In this document: positions 25,605 to 37,395 of the stretch, piece by piece
Position numbering within the stretch: the first letter of the stretch is position 1
Layout: each line of letters starts with the position of its first letter
Source of the DNA: Sarea resinae
Taxonomy: Eukaryota
NCBI GenBank assembly: GCA_026026165.1
Contig: JAPEUD010000015.1
Span: forward strand, 124,001-188,000
DNA: 64,000 nt
Direction: 5' to 3'
The notes under the pieces: model-generated
What the model was told of the DNA's origin: nothing
Databases searched by the model: none
The model's input: the letters and a program-made list of their open reading frames with translations, nothing else
Translations under genes and position numbers: made by a program

Positions 25605-27225
25605 AGACGATACTATAAATACGTCACCTTGTGAGCATGGGAACCCCGACCTACGATGTGGGCTTGCATATACCGAGCCTGCAGGACTTCCGACTGTGCA
25701 AGCTAAGCCAGCACGAAAGCTCGAGTCGAAGCTCATCCAACACTCGCACGCCAACTGCGAGCGTTAGACGGCGGACGACCCGTCTGCCATTCACCAGCAT
25801 CATCATCAGCCAGAACTACACGCATCCGAATGCGTCTACGGCGACGAGACTGGCCAGGCCACCACCACAAAAACATCTACTGTTTCGAACCCTTCATACA
25901 CAAATACAAACTCTCTCTCTCTTCCCGGCGGTACCAATCACACACCCCCTTCAAATTCCAAGTTACAAGCCAAAAACCAACCTGCTATTTCTGCCTTCTC
26001 ACAAGCCGCCTTATATGCCTCATCCCAAGCAAGGCCCTCCAGAAGTGCAGGATCCAGAGTCCAGAGCCCAGAGTCCAGAGCCTCTGCTAAGAACCACCAA
26101 CGAGACGTTCACCAAAGAGGCGAGTCCGACAGGGGCCCGCTACGTCCACGACCATCCAGCTACCTCAGCCAACGAATCCTCTCAGCTATATACACCCCAA
26201 ACCAAAAAAACCCCCAATCCCAAACCCCAGCCATCATCACAAAGACAACCACAAAAAAAAAGCAGCCAAGATCGACCAGCAAACCCCGTTCTCCTCTCCC
26301 AAGGAGCAGCAGAGCCTATCTATAGCTAGCTAGCTAGCTAGCTACCTGAATATCAGACGCATGCCAAAGTTTTCCCAAAAAGCCCCCTACAAGCATGCTA
26401 CCTTTGTAGAAATGGGCGATACACCTGGCCTTGAAGGATAAGATCCTCAGGGCCGAAAGCGAAAGGAAAGCCCCATAGCGCAGCCAAGGCCTCTATGTAT
26501 GTGTTCATCAAGATCCGGGATATCCTTTTTCTTGACGACCAAGCCCTGCCTGTTAGTATGATACTGGATGATCCCCACGCCACGCCACCCCTCTCCTCGC
26601 CTTGACACCGAGTATGAGTTCCCGGACGCCAATCAAGGCGCCAAGTGCACTTGCCACCCATCCATCCGTCACGAGAAGAACGTAAAGTAAAACTAACAGG
26701 GTGCATCCCTTGCATTTGAGGTAATTCACTAAGTAGGACAGTACAGTCCGGGAGGGGCCCGGGGGGGTAAATAATCCAGTACCACGTATCGCACCATAGA
26801 AGAAAAGTAATCTAACTCCCCGATCCACGAACAAACATCAAAACAAAGGGAATCAAAGCGAAGGGAAGAGGGAAGCCCGAACAATTGAAAACAAAACCGA
26901 AACGCCCCCCACCACCTCCCCTTCCTACCACCCTTTCATGGAACTTGATGCCCTCTTTCCTTCTTCCCAGCCGTTCCGCGCTCGTTCCCACGGGTCGTAG
27001 GTGATCGTTCCTGATGCCAAGAGGACGCGACGCGGGGCGGGGAGATATGGGTGGAAGGAAAGCAGGCAGCGCTGTGGATAGTGATACTGAAAGCTCAGAC
27101 TGGTACTGATAGTCGTACAACAAAGACCGTGTCCCTTCCTTCCTTCCTTCCTTCCTTTCACTGTGATTGGGAGGGGACGGGCAGCCATGGCCCACCCCTG
27201 CCCACCCGCCAAACGCCCACGTTCC

Positions 27226-28609
27226 TCACAGAGTGGCAGTCGAGAAATAATACTCGTCCCAGAGATACTCGTAGTCCTCGAGCACGCCGCCGAGGATGTC
27301 CAGCACGAGCTTGCCCCGGAGCTTGGCGGCAACGGTCGAGATGTACGGCCTGGTGACGTTCTCGTAGAAGGCGCCGCGCATGCCCCACCAGGCGAGGGCC
27401 CAGCCGCGCTTGCGGAGCTCGTCGCGTTCGAGCCCCGTGAGCCCGCGCAGCCCGCCCGCGATGCGCTCCGAGAAGTCGCGTTTGGCGAGCTGGCGCGCGC
27501 CGTACTCGATCGTGAGACCGAGGAGCCAGGGCCGCCAGCTGGCTTTGGACGAGGTCCTGTGGCCGCCCGCGTCGGTGGTGGTGGTGGTGGTGTTGATGGT
27601 GGTCCAGCGTTGGAGGGCTAGCGCGTAGAGGACGGGTCGGAGGATATGCAGGATTTCGGCCAGTTGGCCTGGGCCCGTGACTCGGTGCAGAAGCGCTTTC
27701 GGCGTTTTGATATCGTCGGGCGTCAGGACTTTGGAGAGGAGGTAGTTGGAGATTTCGGAGGGATTGGGGAGTGAGGGAAGAGAGAGGCCTGTGCGGGGCA
27801 TTGTCCAGTTCAGGTCGTCTGCGGCAGAGGAAGTGGCGGAAGGGGGGGATGGAGGATCGTCGGTCATCAGAGAGTCGGCTTTGAAAGGATTTTCAGTCTC
27901 CGAGGCCGACTCCTCTAGTGCTTTGGGGTCAACTTCGCGCTCGGGCAGCGGCGGCGATAGCAAGGGCCGTGAGTTGGTGAGTCGGAGAAGTAGTAGGCGA
28001 CAGATGGCTTTGATCGCTTCGAGGATGACGATCGCGCGCCACCGGGCTTTCTCACCCCTCCGCTTGGCCGCCATTTCCCAGAGAAGTTCGGTATAACGGA
28101 TCATCTGCAGCGTGAGCGCGATGCGCTTGTAGCTTGGGGAGTTCTCGGTCCAGAAACGCGTGTAGCGGGCGTGAGTGGAGGGGTGGGGTTTCTGATTTGC
28201 GGGGAGGCGGTCTGCGGCGCGGTAGAGAAGGGAGTCATGGTAGAGAGAGAGGACCTGAACACCGCTATGTACTGAAGAGGGACGAGACATTAGCATTGCG
28301 AGCTTGATGGAAGACTATGTTGGTGGGTGGAGCACATACGTGATTCGGATGCGATTTCGGATTCACGAAAACGTCCTGTGGTTGGAAGCTGTCAATATAC
28401 CTTTCATTGCAGTGCTGAGATCTAGATGATGTTGAGCTCTTGAGGCAGCGCTTACCTGGGATGATATACGTGAGGGAGCGGAGGGCGGATTCGATCTGTG
28501 AGACAGCGCTGGCGTTCTTGGTGATGAAGTCGCCGTACATGCCTAGATACTGCGACGGCAGGGCCGCGGCCTCGGGGAGCTTCTTTGCAGCTTTTTTGTA
28601 GAAATCCAT
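27226..28609 (-). CDS. PEX16: Peroxisomal membrane biogenesis protein Pex16
   Basis: YGDFITKNASAVSQIESALRSLTYIIPG|RFRESEIASES|VHSGVQVLSLYHDSLL...RYTRFW...YTELLWEMAAKRRG...WWGMRGAFYENVT...DYEYLWDEYYFSTATL. Two short introns. Confidence 0.95.
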
Positions 28610-29491
28610 CTCGCCCTTTCGAGAGGCCAGGAAGCCTCCAAGTTGGGTCGATTCAATTGAGTGTTGATGCAATGTTAGTGGAGTCTAGTCATGGTCTGGC
28701 CGAGATGCCGAGGGCCATCATTCAGTCGCGCGCGTAGAGTAGGGCTGGTAAGGCATGGCTGTATTACGTAAGGGAGCGCAAGGGCACGTGCCGGTGCTGC
28801 TTGGAATCCGCTTATGTAATCGTCATCAACAATGAACCCACCACCGGAGTCGCTTCCTCCGATCATAACAATGGAACCGAATGAGGGGCCCCCTGGATGC
28901 TGATAGCTCAGAGCTGTCAGATCGTGGGCTAGCTCTCTCGCGGTCATATTACTCCGGAGTATTCTCACGACGCACATTTCATTCTTGCGCTTCAATACTG
29001 GCTTCTGAAACCGTTGGAGTATCTTCTCTTCCGCGCGCGTTGAGTCGTCGGCTGGCGCCCCTGCATCATTGAAGCGTAGCGTTCTGATGATGGCGGATCA
29101 TACGGTGTAAACAGAATGGTGGAAAGCACTCTTCTTTTTGCTTTGGCCAGCTCTGTGTCTCTGTTCTGTGCATCTCATTCTTGCCCACCAACGCTCTTGA
29201 TCACATCACGAAGCTTGTTCTGGTGACAGGCGATCAAGATAGCAGGCAGGAGCGCCGGCCGAGAGGACCCTCTGCTGGTCGTATGATTCCATTGGTGTTC
29301 TCGGCGTGTTCTGGTGGGTCTGCTAGGTAGTCAAGCGAGACGTTGGAGGGGTCGGGTAGAAAGGAAGCTCGCTGGAGGGAGTGGACGATCTTAGGCGGCC
29401 CGCGCTCTCGTCACTCTATCTCAAACCTTAGTTTCCGCCGCCACAGCTCACGATATCGTTGTTGACAACATCGTTGTTGACGACATCAGCG

Positions 29492-30906
29492 ATGGGCCCC
29501 GAAGAGATGGCAGGAGACATGACGGATGAAGATGATGATTCGACCTATTCGATGACCTCCAGCATCATGCACTTCAAGTAATCGAAAGACACTACCACTG
29601 GGCTGTGACATTACTTTGCTGACGCGCGGCAGTTATGAGGTACGATTGAATCTTATCGGATGCACTATCGGAGTGGAGAGATCTTACCATGATTTTCGTA
29701 GAATGGCCGACGATACCATGCTTATCATGAGGGCCGATATATCATGGTTCGCCGTCCGAGAACCTCATCCGCGATCGGGGTCCGTGCTGATACGTAATAC
29801 AGCCCAACGATGAGCACGAACAAGATAAATTACTGATAGTGAGTTGATGGGGTCTCACCTACTCGATCCAATGCCCAGGCCTTTCATAACTGGCGATAGG
29901 CACACTATATTAATGAAATCGCGCTGGATGGGAAATTATTTCTCGCACCGCTTGAGCGCGTTCCCGAAAATGTCCTCGATATAGGCACAGGCCGTGCCGA
30001 GTGGGCTATAGATTTTGCAGAGTATATTTACCACACCTGCAAGGAGTGTGATGACTTGAATCGAGCTGACCACGAGGATGCTAAGACGGTTCCCTTCTAC
30101 GAAGGTACTTGGCACGGATCTGAGCCCGATCCAACCGCAATGGTAGAGTCCTTGCCATGATATAGGAGGTCCGCGTTGACCAGAGCAGGGTTCCCGAAAA
30201 TCTCAAATTCGAGATTGACGATGCCGAAGACGACTGGCTGTACACGGATCCGTTCGACCTCATTCATACCAGGACTCTTTGCGGAGGTATTCGCGACTGG
30301 CCCAGATTCCATAAGCAGGCCTATAAGCACCTGAAACCCGGCGGCTGGATTGAGCTGCAAGAGAATGAGGCTTGGTTTCAGGGCGAAGGCGGCACCTATC
30401 CCAAGGACGGCTGGACGCCGCACTTTCTAAGGCTTCTGGATGAGGCAAGCATCATGGCCGGTGCTCGATTGAATGTGGCTGCGGAGCAGAAGCAGCATCT
30501 CATCGACTGTGGATTCGTCGACGTCCAAGATGTTGCTATTCCGGTACGTGTGCTCATACCTTCGTCTTGGCTCATTCACCTAAAATTGACAAAAGTGCAG
30601 TTGCCGCTGAGCGAGTGGCATGATGATCCAAAGATGAAACATATAGGAAGGCTGAGAGGCAGAGCGATGAATGAAGGAGTGGAAGGATATAGTCTCGCTC
30701 TATTCAGTCGCGTTCTAGGGTGGACCAAGGCGGAGCTGCAGATTCTGCTGGCCAATGTACGCCGTGAGTTCAATGATCCAGCGAATCGCATGTATATTGT
30801 GGAGTAGGTCTTCCTGTGGGCTTTTCTGATATGTCGTCACCACTCACCGAAGTCTAGGCATTTTGTTTTTGGTCGCAAGCCGGAGGATTCGGCCTCTGAT
30901 GGGTAA
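29492..30906 (+). CDS. LaeA-like SAM-dependent methyltransferase, about 9 exons including a 7-nt micro-exon
   Basis: Spliced protein reads SMTSSIMHFN|YE|NGRRYHAY...M|PNDEHEQDKL...LFLAPL...VLDIGTG...WAIDFA...GTDLSPIQP...NLKFEIDDAEDDW...HLKPGGWIELQE...GFVDV...LFSRVLGW...VFGRKP. Confidence 0.9.
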
Positions 30907-33004
30907 AGGCTATGCTTCTAAGGAGTCTCCAAGTGATATATATAGGTTTTATTTGCCTCGGGGATTGCCTTCACTCATCCCGTATCCTAAAAGGGGCGTT
31001 TCTTTGAATAGGCCACATGGTACTAACGTACCTATGGTGCCAAAGAAGAAGAAGAAGAAGAGTGTTTTATGGCATGGATCTCAACTGTGCCACAATGCTC
31101 GTGTCCTTGATACTATCCACCGCAGAAACAGTGCGGAACGCAAGACGCTACCTAAAAGATCATCTTCTTTGCGTATCAATGATGTCCCAACATTTTCGCA
31201 GAGCGACAATCTCTCGGGGACCAAGCATTTGGAGGGCCGCATAAAGAGTGTAAACAAGCTTCAGCACGATTCGCTGGTGCGATAGCTGTATTGAACGGTC
31301 CTTCACCGTAGACTCCTGTGGACGAGTGCGTATCAGCTGCTTATTGAGGTGCATCCCACAGCCAGCTACATGTGAATCGCGCGCCATGGTTTTATTCACT
31401 GCTCAATCATGGTGCATATCACGTAGCAGGATGAGCATCCAATCCACCATCGATCAATTAGCTCAGGAAGTTTCGGACATTCGCCTTGATCCATTTCAGG
31501 ACAATAATTTATTAACCCACAACGACTTCTAGTATTTGATTCAATCCAGACATCTCTACTCTGGAAGGTCTTCGTCTGCTGGCTCAACACTACTCGACAC
31601 TTCAAGGTCGCAAAACCACGTCGCGCCGACAAGCTCTCTCGACTTCGCAGGTGTACGAAGATTACCTCGAGCTCTTTTCTGTAGGGACGACGTGTATTAG
31701 AGCGCCCTGTTGAGCAGTGCCGCCTTACGATACCAGAAATGTGCTACCGAGTCGTGCATTCGACACAATACGCGTGCGGCCACATGGTTCAGTCCGGCGC
31801 TGTCCTCATTCGATGCGCGGTGGCCATACGTACCCACCGCCATTGCTCCTCGGCGCCCGTGCAGTACATGGGCTCTCGGAGAGATCCGAGAAAATGTCCA
31901 GCCTGCCGGTCTACCTAGACTCTAGAGTAGGTAGGTAGGTAAGGCTAGGAAGAGATCAAGATGGATGGATGTGTCGATGTACGATGTACGGGGATTTGGA
32001 GGTGAAAGATAGTATGGATATTCTTTTCGTGTACGACGACGAGTCTGCGTATTGCCATACTGCCACCCGAAATGATGCAGGGTTTATCGACGGGGGTCTT
32101 GCGTGATGTCATATCTTAGAGAGCCCTAGAAGATAGGAAACAGCACGGAGTACGAATAATCTACCTGATGCCTATCGTGCTGGATGACTTGAATGTATTT
32201 CATGATATGATGTGAACGGGATCCAGGGCGGTGGACTGAGGGACCCGTTGGGGCCTCTCGGGCCCTCCATTACGAACATCGATAAGGCGATCGATGATAG
32301 TCGCCGATAGTGGCTGATACCTCAGTCTTTAGTCGTTGATATTCGTCAATTAGTGTCCGCTATTCGGAGCAAAGGTGCCCTACTGTAGGTATCAGGCAGT
32401 CCAACCCCCATCTCCATGCCCCCTCGAGACTCGAACGAGCCCTAGTCTGCCTTCCTGTCCCCTCTACTTCCCCCTTTGTGGCTGGCTCGTGCCTGATCCC
32501 GGTGCGGGTCGCGTGCGCCTTATCGGGCCTTGCTCCTTCTTCGCAGGTACCCCCCGAACACCCCACGAACAGAAAGGCAGAAAAGCTTCGAGAAGCATGC
32601 GAACAGCATATCCGGGAAAACCTGCACAGAAGTGCGAAAAAGGCTCAAGGGGAACGAGCAAAAGACATGGCAAGCGTAGGGATAGTATGCGACCGCTCAG
32701 GCATGTTCGTGCTGCGAATTTATCCGGCCAGAGGGCTCCTCTTGGGGGTGTCATCAGTGAATTGGCTGCTGGCCTGGCCCGGCCTGGCCTGGCTTGGCTT
32801 CTCTGCTACTCTCTGCTACTCTCTGCTACTCTCTACTGAGGTGGTTTGACGACTTGCACGCTGGCGAACGGGTAAGTGCAGGTGCATTTAGTGTGCTCTC
32901 CCCACACGCCGTCAAGGCTCGGTCGCAATAGTCAAGTCGTTCTACTTCCAAGGCACACAGGACGCTGGACAGGACCTTATCAAAGGCCAAAACTTCCAAT
33001 CAGG

Positions 33005-33034
33005 ATGCCCGTCGTCCACTTGTCGTCCTCTTGA
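33005..33034 (+). other. Candidate upstream ORF MPVVHLSSS* in the permease leader
   Basis: ATG CCC GTC GTC CAC TTG TCG TCC TCT TGA, with A at -3. It ends about 190 nt before the permease ATG. Confidence 0.45.
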
Positions 33035-33227
33035 ACCCTGAGATTCTCACATTTTCCTTCTTCTTTCAACCCCTCCAGGCGCAGGCTGTCGATGTATATA
33101 ATTGATTGATTGATTGATTGATTGATTGATCTGTTGATTGGCATCTGAATATATACGGCACGACTGCATAGTTCATCGCCTGGAAAGACGCATTGCTGGA
33201 ACTGGACTCGGATTCTGAACGATCGGG

Positions 33228-35004
33228 ATGACGAATTCCCTCGATGGCGCCGCCGACGCGGCGTTGGCGGCCATGGGTTACAAGTCAGAATTGCCGCGAA
33301 ATCTGAGCATGATGAGTATCTTGGGACTGTAAGTACCGCGGTTGGAGACCTCTTGCGGTGATCGCGCTTCTGGCACAGGCTAGAATGGAGCGATTCCTCA
33401 CTTCCAACGGGGCTGACTGTAACTTTGTAGGTCTTTCGCCATCATGGCCGTCCCATTCGGCCTCAGCACGACATTCTATATTACTCTGGCGGACGGGCAA
33501 TGCGTTACGATATTATACGGATGGGTCTTCGTGTCGTTGATATCCTTGTGCATTGCAGCCTCTCTCGGTGAGATCTGCGCCGTCTACCCCACCGCCGGAG
33601 GTGTATACTACTGGTCCGCGATGCTCTCGACGAGAAAATACGCTCCTATCGCATCTTGGATCACTGGATGGCTCACTCTCGTCGGGAATTGGACGGTAAC
33701 ATTAAGTATCAACTTCTCGGGTGCCCAATTGATACTGTCTGCTATCACACTCTGGAACGAAGACTTTGTGGCGACCACCTGGCACACTGTGTTGATGTTT
33801 TGGGCTGTCATGTTGGTGTGTCTGCTGGTCAATATATTTGGAGCCAAATATCTGGATTTGATTAACAAAGTGTGCATCTACTGGACTTGTGCGTCCGTCC
33901 TTATCATTCTCGTCACACTCCTGAGCATGTCGGACCACAAAAGGAGTGGCGCTTACGTCTTTGGACATTTCGATGCGTCTCAGAGCGGATGGTGAGAGCG
34001 GCTCTCAAGCAAGCATTCCGAGCCTTCAAGCTGACTATCCTCTTAGGCCTTCCGGATGGGCTTTCTTTGTCGGCCTTCTACAAGCCTCCTATACCCTTAC
34101 CGGTTATGGAATGGTTGCTGCTATGTGCGAAGAGGTGCAACAACCACAGCGTGAAGTTCCGAAAGCCATGGTCATCTCTGTCGCCGCGGCTGGTGTGACG
34201 GGTGTGATCTACTTGATTCCCATATTATTTGTCCTTCCGGATGTTTCAATGTTACTAAGCGTCGCAAGCGGTCAACCCATCGGACTGCTCTTCAAGACAG
34301 TCACCGGCTCGGCCGGCGGCGGTTTCGGTCTTCTATTCCTCCTTCTCGGCATCCTATTCTTCGCCGGCATCGGTGCGCTCACAGCCGCCAGCCGCTGCAC
34401 CTACGCGTTTGCTCGCGACGGTGCCATCCCTGGCTACACACTGTGGGGCCGCATCGACTCCCGCTTCGATGTTCCCTTATGGGGTCTAATTCTTTCTACC
34501 ATTGTCGACTGTCTCCTGGGCTGCATATACTTTGGTTCCAGTGCAGCCTTCAATTCCTTCACAGGCGTTGCGACGCTCTGTCTCAATACCTCGTACGGCA
34601 TCCCAATCCTCGTCTCCTTGCTCCGCGGCCGTCAGCTCGTCGCCCATTCTTCCTTTAGCCTGGGCAAATTCGGCTTTGTGATCAACTGCGCTACTCTTGC
34701 GTGGATCGCTCTTGCCATTGTCATATTCTGCATGCCCGTCACCCTGCCCGTCGACCCAAGCAACATGAATTATGCTTCAGCTGTGTTTGCTGGATTTGCG
34801 AGTATCAGTATCGCCTGGTACTTCATCCATGGCCGCAAGGAGTTCTCGGGCCCGCCGGTGGAAGCCATGAATGAGGCTGTCGTCCCCGGTAAAGACATCG
34901 AGTCCCCCGGAGAAGTGGCTGTCACTGGTGAAGTGGGTGAAAAGAAGGCGCTTGAGACGTCAATGCTCGCGTCATCCGATTCGGAAAAGTCGAGGGAGAA
35001 GTAG
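33228..35004 (+). CDS. APC-superfamily amino acid/polyamine permease (GABA permease or TPO5-like)
   Basis: LAAMGYKSELPRNLSMMSILGL|SFAIMAVPFG...SLGEICAVYPTAGGVYYW...SGW|PSGWAFFVGLLQASYTLTGYG...MCEEV...ASRCTYAFARDGAIP...MNYAS, with many hydrophobic segments. Introns 33329-33430 and 33992-34046. In-frame stop just upstream of ATG 33228. Confidence 0.94.
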
Positions 35005-35895
35005 GCAGCAGGGGCCGAAGAGAGCCATTAACAGTCAATGTATGAGTAAAAGGGTCCACTTTGAGTTTCAGCAGAAGGCCAATCCAGATAAAGGATGGCC
35101 GATTCAACTCTTAGCCGTATCGAGCGGGCGCGCGGATTGCAGGTCGCAGTTCTTCTCCAGGCGGGATGCACGTTTTGTAAGATGCATTCGCGACTGAGAG
35201 AGAAGACTGCATTTGGGCTATATCATGTTTGAATAAATCACGATGTCGTTTTTGCAAGGTGTATTGGAGAATGGGATGGACGATTGGGGGCCATAAGTCT
35301 AGGAGTCGAGTGCATCCACGGATTCCATTGAATGCAAGCGCGAATACCATTTCTGGCAGAATTACACTCTTCTCACTGCAAGCATGGTGCCGGATTCATA
35401 CGTAAATCTTGCACTTTAGCTGCCCAACCATGACTCGACTCGTTTCTCTTCTCGTCTTGTTGCTTCTTTGAAATGCATCCTATCTGATGGCCCTGGAGGG
35501 CTTGCTTCATTGTCTTGCTAACAAGCAACGATACGGCCGAGGCGGTGCACGACCATCCCTGCATCTATGCACAATGCACCACTTCGTACATCACCTCTCA
35601 TGCACCGTACACAGCGCCAGCGCCGTCGTACATCAAGATAAGGAAGGTTGTAAAGGTAGCTGCCGAACTTACCTTGAACCATCGAGCTCCACCTTGCTCT
35701 GCCAACTCGCCCTCTAGTTCTGTTCTGATCCCCGGGTCAATCGCATTAGACAATGCTCTCGCCATGAATTGATCATGGATAGTGCTTTCGTATAGTACGT
35801 TCATCGTTCTCGTCTTCGATTGCTTGTCGCGATGGCCGAGATCGCTGCTATAGGTTTGGCTTCGTCCATGGCTACCTTCGTCCAGGTGGGATGGC

Positions 35896-37395
35896 ATGTC
35901 GTCGTGCGCATTCGCGAATTTCCAAGTTGACGCGTCTCTTGATACCGAAAGGCAGTATTTACGAAAAGAGTCACCAGTCCAAGCACCAAGGATGGAAGCC
36001 AAGAGCAAGTCATTGAAGAGCTGGCTTTTTGCTTTTGCAAAGTTTTACCAGAGTCAGGACCGATATCAGCAGGCCGAGAATTTGTATCGCCAATCCTTGG
36101 CAGAAAGCACAACTTTTTTAGGTGAGGAACATCCACTGACCTTGACAGTAGTGAATGGATATGGAACTCTTCTCCGGATCCCCGGAAGGCTGCCAGAGGC
36201 AAAGAGATTCTACCAGCGAGCCTCCACAGGTCGAGAAAAGATCTTTGGTGTGTATCACCCGAAAACATTGAATTCACTCCACAATCTGGCCAACCTAAGT
36301 GCGGAGATGGGTCAACTTGATCTGGCACGAGACCTTTACTTAAAAGTACTAGAGATAAGGGAGAACGTGCAAGGCCGAGGAAGCGCCCCGACGTTAGATA
36401 CTCTCAATGATCTAGCGAGTCTGTATTGCCGTCTGAATCTACTGGCTGACGCAGAGCTTTTATATTCGCGGGCTTTGCGCGGCAAGGAGTCCACGCTTGG
36501 AGCCACCAATTTGTCTACGCTACGTACGGCCAATAACTACGGCAATCTCTTATGCCAGTGTCACAGACTGATAGAGGCCGAACAGATGTACAAGCGTGCT
36601 TTGGCTGGGTATGAGCTGATTCTGGGCCCTTCGCATACGTTGGTGCTGGACACAGTCTATAATCTGGGTATCCTGTCTTTCCTCATTGGCCGGGGAGAAG
36701 AAGCCGAGCGATTGCACAAGCGAGCATTAGAGGGAAGACAGAGGATTCTAGGCCCTGACCACCCTTCTACCCAAGCTTCGATGGATACTATCACGGACCT
36801 TGCTCTGGCTCTGCAAGGTCAGGGTAACATGCAAAATATTTCACTGGCGAATGCCCACACGCCCGAGATGATGGACGGTATGGAGAAGCCATCACAAGCG
36901 CCTAAATGTCACTCACCGGAGGCTGACCAAACTCAAGATCATATCTTCACATCTATCAATGAAAAGAAAGGATTTGAGGAAACCATGGACAGACAGGGTG
37001 GATCAATTCAGGTGGGGACATCTTACCACCTAACAAGAGTCGAGACCCCAAGCTACAGTCAGACGACGGACTACGGTGGCCTAGGCTTGGAACGTCTGAT
37101 TCCTCGTTCGCAGCCTGCGTCTACTCAACAGCAAATTCTAGAGCCACAGCAGGAGAAGAAGTTCCAGCAAAGTTATAGCCCGCAGTCTTTTTCCGCCTAT
37201 GAGTTCGCGATGCCAACAGCCCGATTAGCAGGTAATTTGACAACAAATCCAGCAGCTAGTCTGATCGCAGGTTGTCCATTCTGTATAGCCTTAACAACGA
37301 ATAAAATGTGTCACCAGAGGCATGAACACGAGCGCTCCGGCTTCGCCCGCATTCTGCCATCAGAATGTCGGAATGCTTCAAGCTCCGGGTCATGA
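35896..37395 (+). CDS. Tetratricopeptide-repeat protein (kinesin light chain / fungal NLR-type 42-aa TPRs) with low-complexity C-terminus
   Basis: About six 42-aa units such as LGEEHPLTLTVVNGYG..., FGVYHPKTLNSLHNLANL..., LGPSHTLVLDTVYNLG..., LGPDHPST. Start and 3' exon structure are uncertain. Confidence 0.8.
   Translation: MSSCAFANFQVDASLDTERQYLRKESPVQAPRMEAKSKSLKSWLFAFAKFYQSQDRYQQAENLYRQSLAESTTFLGEEHPLTLTVVNGYGTLLRIPGRLPEAKRFYQRASTGREKIFGVYHPKTLNSLHNLANLSAEMGQLDLARDLYLKVLEIRENVQGRGSAPTLDTLNDLASLYCRLNLLADAELLYSRALRGKESTLGATNLSTLRTANNYGNLLCQCHRLIEAEQMYKRALAGYELILGPSHTLVLDTVYNLGILSFLIGRGEEAERLHKRALEGRQRILGPDHPSTQASMDTITDLALALQGQGNMQNISLANAHTPEMMDGMEKPSQAPKCHSPEADQTQDHIFTSINEKKGFEETMDRQGGSIQVGTSYHLTRVETPSYSQTTDYGGLGLERLIPRSQPASTQQQILEPQQEKKFQQSYSPQSFSAYEFAMPTARLAGNLTTNPAASLIAGCPFCIALTTNKMCHQRHEHERSGFARILPSECRNASSSGS

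Noticed and set aside
25631..26329. 232-aa ORF downstream of RNH201
   Set aside because: Non-ATG start, low-complexity 3'-UTR-like sequence and no recognisable domain.
29492..37395. Secondary-metabolite cluster around the methyltransferase and permease
   Set aside because: No PKS, NRPS, terpene synthase or RiPP precursor backbone gene in the window.
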